From: Psammoneis japonica
Taxonomy: Eukaryota
DNA length: 64,000 nt
Direction: 5' to 3'
Assembly (NCBI GenBank): GCA_008632985.1
Contig: QPGO01000031.1
Location: forward strand, 186,001-250,000
Shown here: piece by piece, positions 35,756 through 48,551 of the stretch
Numbering within the stretch: position 1 is the first letter of the stretch
How the letters are laid out: each line of letters starts with the position of its first letter
Notes under the pieces: generated by a model
What the model saw: the letters and a program-made list of their open reading frames with translations, nothing else
What the model was told of the DNA's origin: nothing
The model's database searches: none
Made by a program: the position numbers and the translations under genes

Positions 35756-35977
35756 ATGACGAAGGCTCAGGCGTTGATCGCATCTCACGTGTTGATATTT
35801 GTGGTGGGTGTGGTGGCGGGTAAACAAATTGATGCCGAGGAGTTGGCCTCATACCGGAGCGCCAACCGATCAGCCACCACCTCAAAGTGGAAGGCACGTC
35901 TTTACATTGGAGCCGGAGTCATGTCCGTGACGGCCATTATGATGATGGGACTCAAAGCAAAGAAGAACTTTTCTTGA
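35756..35977 (+). CDS. Small hypothetical membrane protein (73 aa, two hydrophobic segments)
   Basis: accATG start, ALIASHVLIFVVGVVAGK..DAEELASYR..LYIGAGVMSVTAIMM. Confidence 0.6.
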   Translation: MTKAQALIASHVLIFVVGVVAGKQIDAEELASYRSANRSATTSKWKARLYIGAGVMSVTAIMMMGLKAKKNFS

Positions 35978-36148
35978 GAAGAAGATACCAAAGGAGTTAA
36001 GGGTGTGCTGTGCACGCAAAAAGTTGGGTGTGTCCTGCAGCCGCGGCATGATCTCTGTTTTACTATACGAAAAAGTGATGAGGACGCATCCATGGAACAT
36101 ATGTAGAGAGTTTTTTTTTCATTCAAATGCACGTTTATAGAATCTTAT

Positions 36149-38448
36149 TTAGCATAAACTACTCGTGAAGAAGAGAGTGACTGTAAGGGCGCAAGCAAAA
36201 ATTGAGCTAGGCATGAACCGGGAAGCGGCAGCGCTGCTTCCGGCTTCTTGAGCGGGGCTCGGCGTTGGCGAGCTTGGCGCTGGCGGAATAGGCGGGTTTG
36301 GACCTCCGGGTGTTGGCGTGACAACGGGAGGAGGCACTGAAGCAGGAGAATTGCCTCGACACTCATCCGTCGTGTCGTTGGGGTCAAAACACTCGCACTG
36401 GGGAGGCACTGTTTCGTAGTTGCAAACTCCAGCGCCGGAGCAACCTCCCGGACAAAAGAGTTGCGGGCAAATGGAAGCAAGCCGCGGGCACTCGAACATA
36501 CCATTGGGCGCAATGTCAATCATTTGTCCATCAAACTCGCATACGCTATTTCCCACTTGCACTTGAAAGTTCTCTTCATCGCAAACAACAGGCAAACAGG
36601 CTGGACGATTGATGGTTTGGCCTGTACCTGCTTGAAGCTGCGCATTGATGCACCGGCTGGAAGGGCCGTAGCTCTCACCAGCATATGCAGCAACGCCTCC
36701 GGGAGTGTTCTCATCTGTACAATCGACTCCCACTGGGATGAGCGGAACTGGACAACTGTCCAACTGGGCGTTGGAACTTGCCAAGCTTGGATTGGAAAAG
36801 TATCGAATAGAAGTCGATAGATCCACAGCAACGCCCGAAGTTTCGTCCAAGAGGTTACAAAGCGCAAAGATAGTGTGGCTTGGATCACAAAAGAGAGGAT
36901 TTCCTGGCGCCACTTGACCCGTAAAAAAGTCAAACTCGACAGGAGTGTCGCAGAAGGTACCCCTTCCAAACTCGGGCACCTCGTCATTTACAATGCAGTC
37001 ACTGTTGACAAAGTCACAGCCAGCACCATGTCCGTATGGAGATAGCTGGGCTGCACCATACGATACTTTATACCAGCCACTATCTTCCATGAGAGCCAGC
37101 GTAAGCGGGGAAAGAACGTCAGCTTGACCGTCTCCATTTCCACTAAAGATTGGACCGAGTAATTCTGTAAAGTGCACTCGTTCATCCCAATGGGTTCCGG
37201 TACACACGCCAACATTTGTCGGCTGATTCTCAAGGCGTGCTCCTGCTAGACTTTGACAGTTGAAGTGGTTTCGTGCAATTGTTCTTACTCGAGGAGTTAC
37301 CATGTCGTGGAACAAAAGCCCCACCGGGGGTTTGTCCAAGCTGTAGTGTGTTCTCGGCCGGAAAGGGAATGAACTGTGTGCTTCCATCTATGCAGGTAAC
37401 TGCACGAGGAATGACACTACCATCGCCTGCGCGAGGAGTTAAGGGTTCTCCCGTTTCGCTGTCACGGAACAACGAATACAAGCTTAAGTCAACACCTAGT
37501 ACATGACCGACCTGTACAGGGACGAGAAAACAAGCTGTTGTCAGTAAAGTAAACCTTGGAAAGTAGTTGAAGGCACTGCAATATAGCACTGACTTCGTGA
37601 ATGCCGATAAGGGTAGTATCAGCAATCTGCCCTTCGTCCATGATCATACTCTTTCTTAGATTACTGGCTTCGTCTCCGTTCGGGTCTGATGATGCTAGTC
37701 TTCGGCTCACATTACCAATACAGAAATTGATGAATCCAATAACTGGCCTATCAAACTGATCAAGCTCACATGAAGTAGCAACAGCTAAAGTGCTTGGACC
37801 ACACACATCAATGCTCTGTCCACCCGACGTCACCAGAGTGTCCTTGGCACTGGCAAAAATCACCAGGTCGGCATCGTCAAAGCCTCCCGAGGCAACGTCT
37901 GGAGGGATCTCTGTATCATAGATACCAAAGCAAGTCTGCGGTGAAACCGGAATGGGAGAGGCAACGGGGACAACCCTCAAATGTTGTGTCCAAGCTTGAG
38001 CAACATTGGGGAGAACCGTGTTTAAAAGGGTTTCAATCTTTGCATCCATGGCGGCGCTCGTGCCTCGAAGGCTTTCAATGGGTTCAGTGATAAACCCAAT
38101 CCGAAGAGTCTTGTATCCATCTGTTGAATTGTAATCAACAACACCGTCCATCGGGTTTGGTATCGATATAATGCCGTTGTCTTGAAGGCGACGTCGATGG
38201 CGTTCGTGTGGATGTCGGTTTCCGTAGTTTAATTCCAAGGGAGGTAATTTCGCTCGTTCTCCCGCCAAGACTTCAAAGTTGGACGGTCGCGGATGCTTCA
38301 AGATACGACGAAGATTTTCTTCTCGAGAATCTGCCATGCCCGACTCGAGCTGCCTCTTGTCAAGGATTGGCAAACCCTCTTGAAATCCTACCGTGATGCG
38401 AATCACGCTGAGGAAGTAGAAGAGCAAAAACGCCGAGGAACGTGCCAT
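36149..38448 (-). CDS. Leishmanolysin/GP63-like M8 metallopeptidase, secreted, probably GPI-anchored
   Basis: Signal peptide; DRPVIGFINFC; HE|VGHVLG zinc motif split by an intron; LENQ..THWDER; TLALMEDSGWY; GHGAGCDF; EGF-like Cys tail, Pro linker, hydrophobic C-terminus; indels near 37310-37350. Confidence 0.9.
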
Positions 38449-38876
38449 TGTTAAAGAAAGAAAAATGCTTTTTTCAAGACTGTCTTTTCGTGTGCAGCAC
38501 TCTTAGTATGTGTTGGAAATATTGTGTGACTTTAGCCGCGACGAACAACAAGAAATACGTTTCTGTGTTCGTATTTGCTTTGCTTATTGCGGCCTGGGTC
38601 GAAGTTGAAAGTAGAATAGAGTGCGGAGCGTGAACACAACAACACACAATACACGACCGCGGAAACGCGGAAACTTGCTTTTGTCACGACTCAACCGGTC
38701 GCGAGTTGTGGTGGCTCATGACCCGAAGAATAGCGCGCGAAAACTGCCCGAAGATGGGAAATCTGGCGCAAGCTTGTGTTGCGTTGGCGGGTTGGCGGTT
38801 GGCGCCATGGTATCTAGCGCCGACAATAATGAAGACACTGCATAGAGAAAGTTAAACAGTTGTTGAACAGCAAAGG

Positions 38877-39837
38877 ATGAAAGATCGGTGGTCGAGCAGA
38901 CAACTCCAACAATCACGACGCAAGAGTTTGCGACTCAAGCCCCCAACCATTGAAGAAGAAAATGTGGAGCTTGAGCAACTGAAAACCAGGGTCCCCGACG
39001 CAACGCCCGAGGAACACAAACGCTTCCTCAAGGCTTGCAATGGCGATCTTGAATTTGCAGTGAGAGAGCTTCAAGATTATCTCAATGGCGTGAAGAGAAC
39101 GATTTGAATTCAGCCGAAGACAGCCGTGACCTTTACGACGACAAGGATGACTGGTCTCACGCTTGCACAAAAGCGCTCAAGATCATGGCCAACGACCCCG
39201 ACGATGTGAAAAAGAGCTTCAAGAAAAGTCGAGTTCAAAACCCAAACCATCTTCCTCGCATTGCACGCGTATACTACGATGAGAACAATGAACCCATGAA
39301 AGCAAAAGATGGACCATGATTGTGCAAGTCCTGTCACCAAAGCTTGACAAGACGCTTGCTTCCAACGAGTGTTATGCACTCGCCATGGCCTTTTATCTGG
39401 ATCGAAAATTCGATCGAGCTAGTCTCGAGTACGGCACGCTTTTGATTGACATTCGGGGTGATGAAGACTGGCCCAACCCTTCGGCAAAGCATTTGCTTCC
39501 GTTTGTGCAAGAAGTAACAAAAATGCTGCCCAAAGTCTATCCTGAGCGTTTGCGCACATGTCTCGTCTACCCAGTCCCTCGAATGGCAAGCTTCCTCTTT
39601 AAGATGTTCAAGCCTCTGCTCCCCAAAGATACTGCTGAGAAAATCAAACTAGTCAATGGGTCAGCTGCCATTGGTGCCCCGGTTCCAAAGGGGCTTTCCG
39701 AACATGTTGACGAGGGAGCGATAGATCAGCTAGAATCTGGACGACAAGAGAAACAGACAGTTGTTAATGATTCTACGATTGGATCATCATTACCGATTGG
39801 ATCAGCACTGCCGCTCGAAGGTATTGAAGAACAGTAA
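38877..39837 (+). CDS. CRAL-TRIO/Sec14-like protein (two apparent indels)
   Basis: KRFLKACNGD, LIDIRG...WPNP, YPERLRTCLVYPVP..KPLLPKDTAEKIKL. Confidence 0.7.
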
Positions 39838-40109
39838 GGGTTAAAAAATGTACTACAGTGTTAAATGTTAGTGATGAGTTGTGTTTTTCTGCCGGAAGCT
39901 TCTGCAAAGCACCACTTTTTTTTTTTTTTTAACGGCTCGACACGAAGATTCATTCCAAACACACTATTCCACTCTTATCGTATATTTAGTTGAAAATGCT
40001 ATTCAAAATTGAGATTGCGACTATTTACAGCTCAGGAGCTTCTTCTCGAGGCAACGGAGAAATTCTTGGCAGAAGTAGTGCGTTACTACCAAGAGCAAAA
40101 AAGAGAAAA

Positions 40110-40881
40110 CTAGAAAGTGCCGGTAAGAGCGCGCTGGTTTCCCATTGCAACCGCCATCCAATCCAACTGGTCCATCAAATCTGGAAGTTGCTTGAGCATT
40201 CGAGCTTTCGGGTCAATGGGACTTCCATCTTCGTTGAGCAAATCCGAGACCATTGGTAACCCACAGAGTTTCGAAACGGGTAAGCAGCCCAATTCGTGAG
40301 CCATAAGCTGAATCGACATTGCAGCTCGCATGCCGCCCCAGGGTCCTGGAGATTAAGAACGCAAACGAATGAGCGCGAGGTTTATTCCAGCTGTAATTCT
40401 GAGTTGGACAGAGTCCCTCTTTCTAATAATAATCATTCTTACCTGGAGAGTATGTGACGATCCCACTTGGCTTGGCTTTGAAATTGCTGCCTCCAAAGTG
40501 CCCCATGAGAGATCCAAGCGCTGGAGGACCGTGTGGTTATACTCCGGACTTACAATGAGATAACAATCGGCTCAGAAATCTTGTCCTTGAGAGCGGCAAC
40601 TTTTGGTGGCAATTCACTAACCATAAACGTAGGAACTGTAAGATCGCCGCGGCTCATTTCAGATAGGGCACCATCTTTTCCAAACTCGACAGAGGATCAA
40701 GAACGGTCACATCATAACTGATGGTTTCGTCGCCCAGCGTCGCTTTCCGAGATTCGAGCGTGTTGACGACCCACTTGAGAACGCGGTCTCCCAATCGAGA
40801 CGGTCCTCCCCACGGAGGCGTAATATCTCTCGAAGAGCCAAAGAAAATGACAGTCTTGAGGGTGCGTACCTTGGTCGCCAT
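40110..40881 (-). CDS. NADPH-dependent FMN reductase (FMN_red family); intron and indel
   Basis: [43 protein letters not shown]. Confidence 0.8.
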
Positions 40882-41233
40882 GATGTTGCAACTAATAAGC
40901 GTCGGTGTATCGGCAATCGGCACTTCTGAAATGAACCAAAAATCAAGGCAAAGGATTTTGGATTTTTTGGAATGTAGCGTGCGGATCTTGCACTTTGACT
41001 TCGCCGAAGCACGCTAGCACGGCGATGTTTCTTCTTGCTTCGTTGTTTCAAAACTGTTTGTCGACCTCGTACCTCGCGGAACAGGGTACAGACAGACGTT
41101 GGACACGGGACGATGATTTTCAAATTTTCAATCCTTTTTTATGATTCAGAGCCGACAAAGATTCCAAGTCTTTGTTCGTCTCCCATTCTTCCTAGCTCAG
41201 CCCATTATTTGACGTCAATGTGCAGTTTCCTCT

Positions 41234-43620
41234 TTAAGCCACAGTGACACCTTGGCCAGTACACGACGAAAACAAACCCTCGTACTTGTCGTGCATTAGT
41301 CGTGATACAGTCACTGGATCGTCCATTGGTTTTGTCGGGTACTTGTTTGTTGCGGTCGTCCACTTATATGCAAGCTTTGCACTTTCATACTCAATTGTCG
41401 ATGTATTGAGAGCAAGGCCAGCAACTTGGTGTTTGAGAGCTTGTTTCAAAATCATCTCTGCTCTCTTTACGTAATAGTCTCGAATGAGTCCACTCCAGTG
41501 CTTGGCAGCATAGTCGATAGGACCACCAGGAATGGATCGGCTGCCTTTTGGTGTCGGATTCCAAGTTGTGAGTTGTGTTCTGGCATTCCATTCCATGTAA
41601 TCTTCACAAGAGACATTGCCAAGAATAGCAGAGGAACAGTTACTACGACCGACACCTAACCGCCTTGCCGACTCGATCCACGGACCGACAAGGAAGGCCT
41701 CATCAGTGCCCACAAGGGTGTCAAGATCCCGTAAAAGATCAATATAGAAATTTCCAGTCATCAATAGCTCGCTCCGGTCGAGCCTTGTCTGAGAAAAGGC
41801 GTCTGAAAAGTTGAGGCCCGCCGGTGTGGCAAGATTTGCAAGAACCTCCCTTCCCGTGTTGATGAGATCGTAAACAAACGGTTCTTTCCTAATCCCATCT
41901 GCCGAGGACGATTCCTCTGCAAACTGAATGAGGTATCGCCACGATTCAAATATTCTACAGAGAGTTGCCGTTGGTGTTTTTCTATCCGCTTCAAACCAGG
42001 GAGACTCACCGCGTGGAGGTAAATGCGCGACACCTGTATTGTCTTGGGTGCTAAGATCAATTGAATACACACTCTCTGCAAGAAGACTCCAGGCCATGTC
42101 AATGTTTGCATCATGGCTCGATATCCCATAACGTCGATGGGCGCGTTCCGTCAAGTGGGCAATCAGGTCTGGAACGGGAGCATCTCGAAAGTTTTGATCA
42201 AAAATGAATTCATAGTATGCCGTATTCTGGTCAATACCTTCAGGAGTGGCACCTGTACCAATCGCATTTGTAGGAGCCGCAAAGGGAATCTTATTCAATA
42301 CCTTTAGATCGCCTTTGAGTCCATCTGTTCCGCCAAAGTTGTGCAAGGTAGTCCAAACGAACTTAGCTCCAAAGAAAGCGGAATTATTGAATTGTTTCCA
42401 TTGTCCCTTGCCTGTCCAGTCCATATCAATCACTACAAAATTTTGTGTGCTTTCCATAAAGCCCTTGAGCACCGCAGCTTGTTTAGGAGTGGACCACCCA
42501 ATGACAGCGAACCCTTGAAACGACCAGATCGCTTCTGGGTCGGTTCGGTTCAAGCCAGAATAGGCGGCAACGGCACGACGGTACGCCATGACATCACGCT
42601 CGACGGCATCAAATGACACTTGAGTCATCTTCTCTGGATGAGTAAGTGGATCACTCAGCTTGTTTTGAAACCAAGGTGCGGTGCTTCCGTCAAAGTACCC
42701 ATCAAGCTGATACCAATGATCGGTTCCAAAGTCTTCAATGAGGGTCTCCATCCATAAATCTGCGATTTTTCCAAACAAGGGGTCAAGAGAATCCATCCAA
42801 CCAGTTGCACCAGCCTTTGTAATGTTTGTGTCATTGTATATCTTCTTGAGCTGTATTGGTACATTGCCCTGGAACCCGGGGAGCTGTCCAATAATACCCA
42901 GCGATCGAAGCCTAGGCAAAATCTTGCGCTGCAAATTCCACTGATCCTTCATCCACCATCGTGGAAGCGTACCCAAAATACCACTCCCGTATTCATTTTG
43001 TCCACGAGACCACGTCAAGAGCGCTGGACCATTGAACCAGTTTCGAATATCCGCATCTTGTAAGCCCAATTTCCGAAACACCTTGTACTGAACTTCTTCT
43101 TGTCCCGTCATGGCAAGCATGAGATTGATCCCCGAGAGCGCCATCCAATCAATAAAATTCTCCCAATCCTCCCAAGAATACCATACCAAACTATACGAGT
43201 GAATGCATACATTCATGAGATAGGAAAAGGGCGTATTTCTGCGTTTCGCCACCCGAACTACTACACTGGGCCATACTTTTGGAATAAAAATGTTGGATCC
43301 ACCACCACGAGGCCAACCAATCGTCATGTTGCAATAGTGGCGGAGATAATGACCCAATCCTGCAGTCAACTCGGATGCGGTCGTTGCTTAATAGACAGTC
43401 TTCCGTCTTCATTGTCTTGAAGCACAAAGCATGGCGGTGAAACTCCAACTGCGCAGTCGCCGTCATGGAGAGAAACCATAAAGTGACGGCTCGCACCCGG
43501 TGGTAGCACTCGGTCCATCAAAGAACGAACCGCCTCCTCATTTCCCTTGAGTGGAGAGACAGCGAGAGTGACGATAATAGAATGGAAGGACAGAAACAGA
43601 AGGAGCGGCGTTGACATCAT
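41234..43620 (-). CDS. NAGLU: Alpha-N-acetylglucosaminidase, GH89 (apparent indel near 43380)
   Basis: Signal peptide; GLGHYLR, YLMNVCIHSYSLVWY, IDWMALSGINL..GQE, LPGFQGNVP, LHNFGG, PEGIDQN, EWNARTQLTTW, DYAAKHWSGLIRDYY. Confidence 0.92.
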
Positions 43621-44328
43621 GGTGGATACGGCATCAAAGTTTGCACTCATCAAAATATAATAAGCGACATCAACATACAGTACATGCATCATGCGTAAAG
43701 ATACGACATGAAAAAGATACGACGAAAAATGGTACATAAATGTCATACTGAATTGGAATAGAATGGACATTTCATTCTACTTCGAACTCTCCCTCCGACG
43801 CCCAACCGCAACGAACGACGCATATTTGCATGTTTGATGTCGATGTTGTGAACGTTTATGCGGGTTGTGTGTTGCCGTTCTGGTATTGTTAACAACGTAA
43901 AAGAGAGTGAACGGAACGGAGCAGTCTCTGGAGTAGCATAAATCCCGAACGGAAACCGTTCAACAACTTACAATGGGTTTTCGACGTTCTACGACTCCCC
44001 ACCAACCATACTATGGTCGTTCTGCATGTGTTTTCCGCACAATTCATGCTCAACGAATCGTACCAAATAGGTGGGATACGTGTGCAATCTATAAAGTTGG
44101 ACAGTTTCAACGCATGCAAATGTACTTGACGAGGCGTGACTGATTTTCGGTCGGGCCTAGTTGATTGAAACGGACATGCGTTGCGACATAAACGACAGAT
44201 CTCGACCGATTCCTTCGCAACGATTCTGATTTCACCAATGCAAAAACCCACAGACTTGCTCTCACAATTTTCATTTCGTGCAATTTTTCGACACGCAATC
44301 AACAAACACTACTACTTTTACTACCATC

Positions 44329-46407
44329 ATGATTTTCAAGGCAACTCTCTGGATGGCAAGCCTTGGCGCTGCTTCGGGGCAGCTTGTGATTAACGAGATT
44401 ATGCGTAATCCAGCCTTGGTGGCGACGGAACGAGCTGGTGAATGGTTCGAATTGTACAATCCTTCGAGTGCAATCGTGGATATCAATGGCTGGACGATTC
44501 AGGATGATGGTTCCAACGGCCACGTGATTGACAATGGCGGTCCACTTTTGATTGGTCCCGACGAGTATCTCGTCTTGGGCAACAATGGTAATACGACCAC
44601 CAATGGAGGAGTGGTCCTGGATTATGAGTACGATACGCGTCGTATTCATCTAAATAACGCTCCGGACGAGTTGGTCCTGTTGGATGGCGCCTCGAACGAG
44701 ATTGATCGTGTCAACTGGGATGCGGGTGAGACGTTTCCGAATCAAGATGGTGCAGCCATGGCGCTTATCGATCCGGATGTCGACAACAACCTCAGCTACA
44801 ATTGGTGCAATGCTTCGACGCCCTATGGACTCGGCGATAATGGTACTCCGGGCGCTCCAAATGACTGTCCTCTTCCCAAGTTGGTGATCAACGAGATTAT
44901 GCGTAATCCAGACGTGGTGGCGACGGAACGGGAGGGGGAATGGTTCGAGATTTTCAATGCAGATGTGACTACGGTTGATATCAATCGATGGATCATCAAG
45001 GATGACGGCTCCAACGGCCACGTTATCGAGAATGGCGGACCACTCCTAATTGCGCCCGGTGAATATCTTGTTCTTGGAAACAATGGAAACATTACTACGA
45101 ACGGCGGTGTTGCCGTGGACTATGTGTTCGATGCGACGCGCATTCATTTGAATAACAATGGTGAGGATGAGCTTGTCCTTTTGAACTTTAGGTCTGTCGA
45201 GGTTGACCGTGTGAACTGGGACAGTACGTATCCGAACGTGGATGGCGCGGCGATGGCTCTACTCAACCCCGAGTTGGACAACAACCTCAGCTACAATTGG
45301 TGCAATGCATTGACTGTGTATGGGAGTGGTGACCTGGGCACTCCAGGAGCTGCCAACGATTGTCCTTTGCCCAAGGTGGTGATTAATGAGATTATGCGCA
45401 ACCCTGCCAACGTGGCCACGGAACGTGAAGGAGAATGGTTTGAGCTTTTCAACCCGACTGCAAGCGACATTGACATTAACGGGTGGACGATCAAGGATGA
45501 TGGCTACAACAACCATGTCATTGACAATGGTGGTCCACTTCTGATTGCTTCTGGTGGCTATCTTGTTCTCGGAAACAACGACAATGGCACGATCAACGGA
45601 GGTGTTGCACTGGACTACGAGTACATGCATGTCTTTCTCAATAATAACGATCCAGACGAATTGGTCCTATTGGATGTCTTTGGTAACGAGATTGACCGCG
45701 TCAACTGGGATGGAGGCGTCGCCTATCCAAACGAAGACGGAGCTGCAATGGCACTGATTCATCCATCGCTCGATAACAATGTTGGTGGAAACTGGTGCAA
45801 TGCTACTACGGTTTACGGGGCTGGAGACAAGGGAACGCCCGGAGCACAGAATGACTGCGTGTCTATGCTTGTGATCAACGAGATTATGCGTAACCCTGCT
45901 AATGTGGCCACGGAGCGTGAAGGAGAATGGTTCGAACTGTATAATCCGACTGGAAGCGACATTGATATTGACGGCTGGACGATTGTAGATGACGGTTCCA
46001 ACAACCATGTTATTGACAATGGTGGTCCGCTCGTCATCTTGTCTGGTGGCTACCTCGTCCTTGGAAACAATGCTGATACTTCCACCAACGGAAATGTGAA
46101 CTTGGACTACGAGTACATGACTATCTTTCTCAATAATGCTGCGGATGAGTTGGTTCTTCTGAACGCGGACGGCGAAGAAATTGACCGTGTGAACTGGGAC
46201 GGTGGTGCGACCTTTCCAAACGTCGATGGCGAATCGATGGCTTTGGTCAGTCCTGCTTTGGATAACAATCTCAGTAGCAACTGGTGTGGGTCATCTACAG
46301 TATTCGGAGATGGCGACCTGGGTACACCAGGCGCGGAGAACGATTGCACTGGTGGACGACGCTTGCGTGGCACAAACACACAGGGCGGCCTGAGAGGATT
46401 CCCCTAG
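44329..46407 (+). CDS. Secreted protein made of four tandem lamin-tail (LTD) domains
   Basis: Signal MIFKATLWMASLGAASG; 4 repeats of LVINEIMRNP..GEWFELYNP..DINGWTI.DDG..YLVLG..DELVL..GTPGA.NDC starting near 44383, 44881, 45376, 45868; intronless. Confidence 0.9.
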   Translation: MIFKATLWMASLGAASGQLVINEIMRNPALVATERAGEWFELYNPSSAIVDINGWTIQDDGSNGHVIDNGGPLLIGPDEYLVLGNNGNTTTNGGVVLDYEYDTRRIHLNNAPDELVLLDGASNEIDRVNWDAGETFPNQDGAAMALIDPDVDNNLSYNWCNASTPYGLGDNGTPGAPNDCPLPKLVINEIMRNPDVVATEREGEWFEIFNADVTTVDINRWIIKDDGSNGHVIENGGPLLIAPGEYLVLGNNGNITTNGGVAVDYVFDATRIHLNNNGEDELVLLNFRSVEVDRVNWDSTYPNVDGAAMALLNPELDNNLSYNWCNALTVYGSGDLGTPGAANDCPLPKVVINEIMRNPANVATEREGEWFELFNPTASDIDINGWTIKDDGYNNHVIDNGGPLLIASGGYLVLGNNDNGTINGGVALDYEYMHVFLNNNDPDELVLLDVFGNEIDRVNWDGGVAYPNEDGAAMALIHPSLDNNVGGNWCNATTVYGAGDKGTPGAQNDCVSMLVINEIMRNPANVATEREGEWFELYNPTGSDIDIDGWTIVDDGSNNHVIDNGGPLVILSGGYLVLGNNADTSTNGNVNLDYEYMTIFLNNAADELVLLNADGEEIDRVNWDGGATFPNVDGESMALVSPALDNNLSSNWCGSSTVFGDGDLGTPGAENDCTGGRRLRGTNTQGGLRGFP

Positions 46408-47126
46408 TTTGTGATTGAAAACCTCAACACTTGTCGATGCTTTCAGTATATTTGTAATTCTTACTAGAGTTCTTCGGCTACAATTTCAAGTCCTGCCCGT
46501 TGGACAACTTTTCCCGTATTTGTAGTTCTACTGTCTCTTTATTATACTCTCTAGTAGATATCAGAAGTAGAGTAGATCAAGTACTTCTGACTGGATCGAG
46601 GATTGAAAAGACAAACTGAATCCTGGCTCTTGTCTCGATTATAGCGCGTTTTCGTCTTTGAATTTCAAAATCCTTCCAAGATTGTGAAATTTATAATCTG
46701 GTCAAATTTAGTCAAAAAATCTCAAGATCTCGATTTTTCTGAAAGATCCACTTGGACCATAAGTGGAAGTCAGAAAAGTGTTTTCATAAGAATCCATTAG
46801 TGTTTTTATACGTATTTTTATTTATACATTACTTTTTCGCCGAAAAAGCAAATGATAGTAAAGCATAGAATTGTATGTAGGGTTATATACAAAACATTGA
46901 AATGGATTTAGGTTTATGCATAATCAAATTATCCAATTATACACATTCATATCATATACAATAATGAGCTTTTTCGGCGATATATAAATTTCTACATAGA
47001 TTACGAACGACATAGCAATACCTCCTATGAAAACACTTTTTCGGACTTTTTCGGTTTTTGTTGATTCCCGCAAGTACAGAAATCCCTGTAACCTTATGTA
47101 TCTTGTCATCTTGATCTCAACTCAAG

Positions 47127-48551
47127 ATGATGTTGTTGTCAAGAAGAGCGGTGCTTCTATGGTCAATCATTTACAGCGTTTCTGCCGAGTCGAAATTATG
47201 CAGCAAGACTTCTGGTTACGAGAAAATTGTTCTTGACGTCACTCTATTCGGTGCTGTTGGAGATGGGATTACCGATGACACAGGGGCAATTCGTCGAGCC
47301 GTGAGAGCTGCCAGCAGCTTATCGACTCCAACGGTTGTTCTCTTTCCCAAGGATAGACGCTTCCTCACAAGTCCATTCAATGTCAGTAGTTGCATGACAC
47401 TCCAGATTGACGGGATAATTCGAGCCAAGAGCGGTCTGAACTGTCCAGATGGCGTGCTTCAGCCTGACGAATGGCCACAGATTCCCCCCCTACCATCGTA
47501 TTCCGACTCGGAAGATGGAGGTTTTCACAATCGATATCAACCCTTTATTTATGCAGAGGACGCCACTGGCATTTGCGTGACTGGAAATGGAACTGTAGAT
47601 GGCGGAGGTGATTGGTGGTGGGATCATTTTCAAAACAGAACGGTCCTTGAAGCAGGACGCCCATTTCTAGTCGAGTTTGTGAATTGCTCCAATGTCGAAA
47701 TTTCACACGTGACATTCAAGGATTCGCCGTTTTGGTGTTTGCATCCAACCTATTGCAATAACGTTCATATTCATCATACCACAATCAAGTCACGCATGTA
47801 TGCACCCAATGCTGATGGAATTGACCCGGACTCGTGTTCCAATGTCTTGATTGAACACAATGACGTGAGTTGCGGTGATGACCATATTGCGATCAAGGCT
47901 GGTAGGTGTGGGAGTTCCAAGTCCTCGAATGCAGCCAAGAATTGCAACGACAGACACTTTACAAGTGGCATGTATGAAACAGAGAATGTCACGGTTCGGT
48001 ACAATCTTTTTCGCATTGGAATGGGGATCGCTATCGGAAGTGAATCGAGTGGAGGAATCCGAAACGTTGAAATCTACGACAATGTCGTCGGTCTCTGTGA
48101 CAGTGGTCATTGTGAGGGTACGTGTTGCGGGTGGGGACCCGCCTTGCACATCAAAACGACACCGAGTCGAGGTGGTGTGATTGAAAACATTCAGTTTCGA
48201 AACAACACCGTCTACAACAACACGGCATTTATTGTAGTAGAACTGGATTACCAAAACCAAAACTCACGGATACCAGAAGACTATCCACCAACGTTGATTC
48301 GAAACATATCATTCATTGGGAATCTTGCTCTCGGTGCAGCTGTTGGTGCTAATTGGCATTGCTTGCAACAGGACGCGTGTCAGGAGATTGTGGTTATCAA
48401 CAATAGAATCAAGAATGCCAATGGTCATAGTCCCTGGAGCTGCCGGGACGTTAAGACGTTTCAAGTTTCAGGAAATGTCCCGTCGGGCTTAGAGGATTGT
48501 ATGAAGCATTCTCTGGAGCCTCCAATCTCCAATCGAAGTTTCATGATATAG
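47127..48551 (+). CDS. Glycoside hydrolase family 28 (polygalacturonase-like), secreted
   Basis: FGAVGDGITDDT, GNGTVDGGG..WW, DSPFWCLHP, PNADGIDPDS, GDDHIAIKAG, IGSESSGGI. Confidence 0.9.
   Translation: MMLLSRRAVLLWSIIYSVSAESKLCSKTSGYEKIVLDVTLFGAVGDGITDDTGAIRRAVRAASSLSTPTVVLFPKDRRFLTSPFNVSSCMTLQIDGIIRAKSGLNCPDGVLQPDEWPQIPPLPSYSDSEDGGFHNRYQPFIYAEDATGICVTGNGTVDGGGDWWWDHFQNRTVLEAGRPFLVEFVNCSNVEISHVTFKDSPFWCLHPTYCNNVHIHHTTIKSRMYAPNADGIDPDSCSNVLIEHNDVSCGDDHIAIKAGRCGSSKSSNAAKNCNDRHFTSGMYETENVTVRYNLFRIGMGIAIGSESSGGIRNVEIYDNVVGLCDSGHCEGTCCGWGPALHIKTTPSRGGVIENIQFRNNTVYNNTAFIVVELDYQNQNSRIPEDYPPTLIRNISFIGNLALGAAVGANWHCLQQDACQEIVVINNRIKNANGHSPWSCRDVKTFQVSGNVPSGLEDCMKHSLEPPISNRSFMI

Noticed and set aside
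15823..43620. Cluster of pseudogenes or programmed frameshifting
   Set aside because: Indels hit many unrelated genes whose motifs are otherwise intact; uncorrected long-read errors are the simpler explanation.
44329..46407. Bacterial contaminant contig
   Set aside because: Contiguous with intron-containing eukaryotic genes and carries a eukaryotic-style signal peptide and RRL tail.
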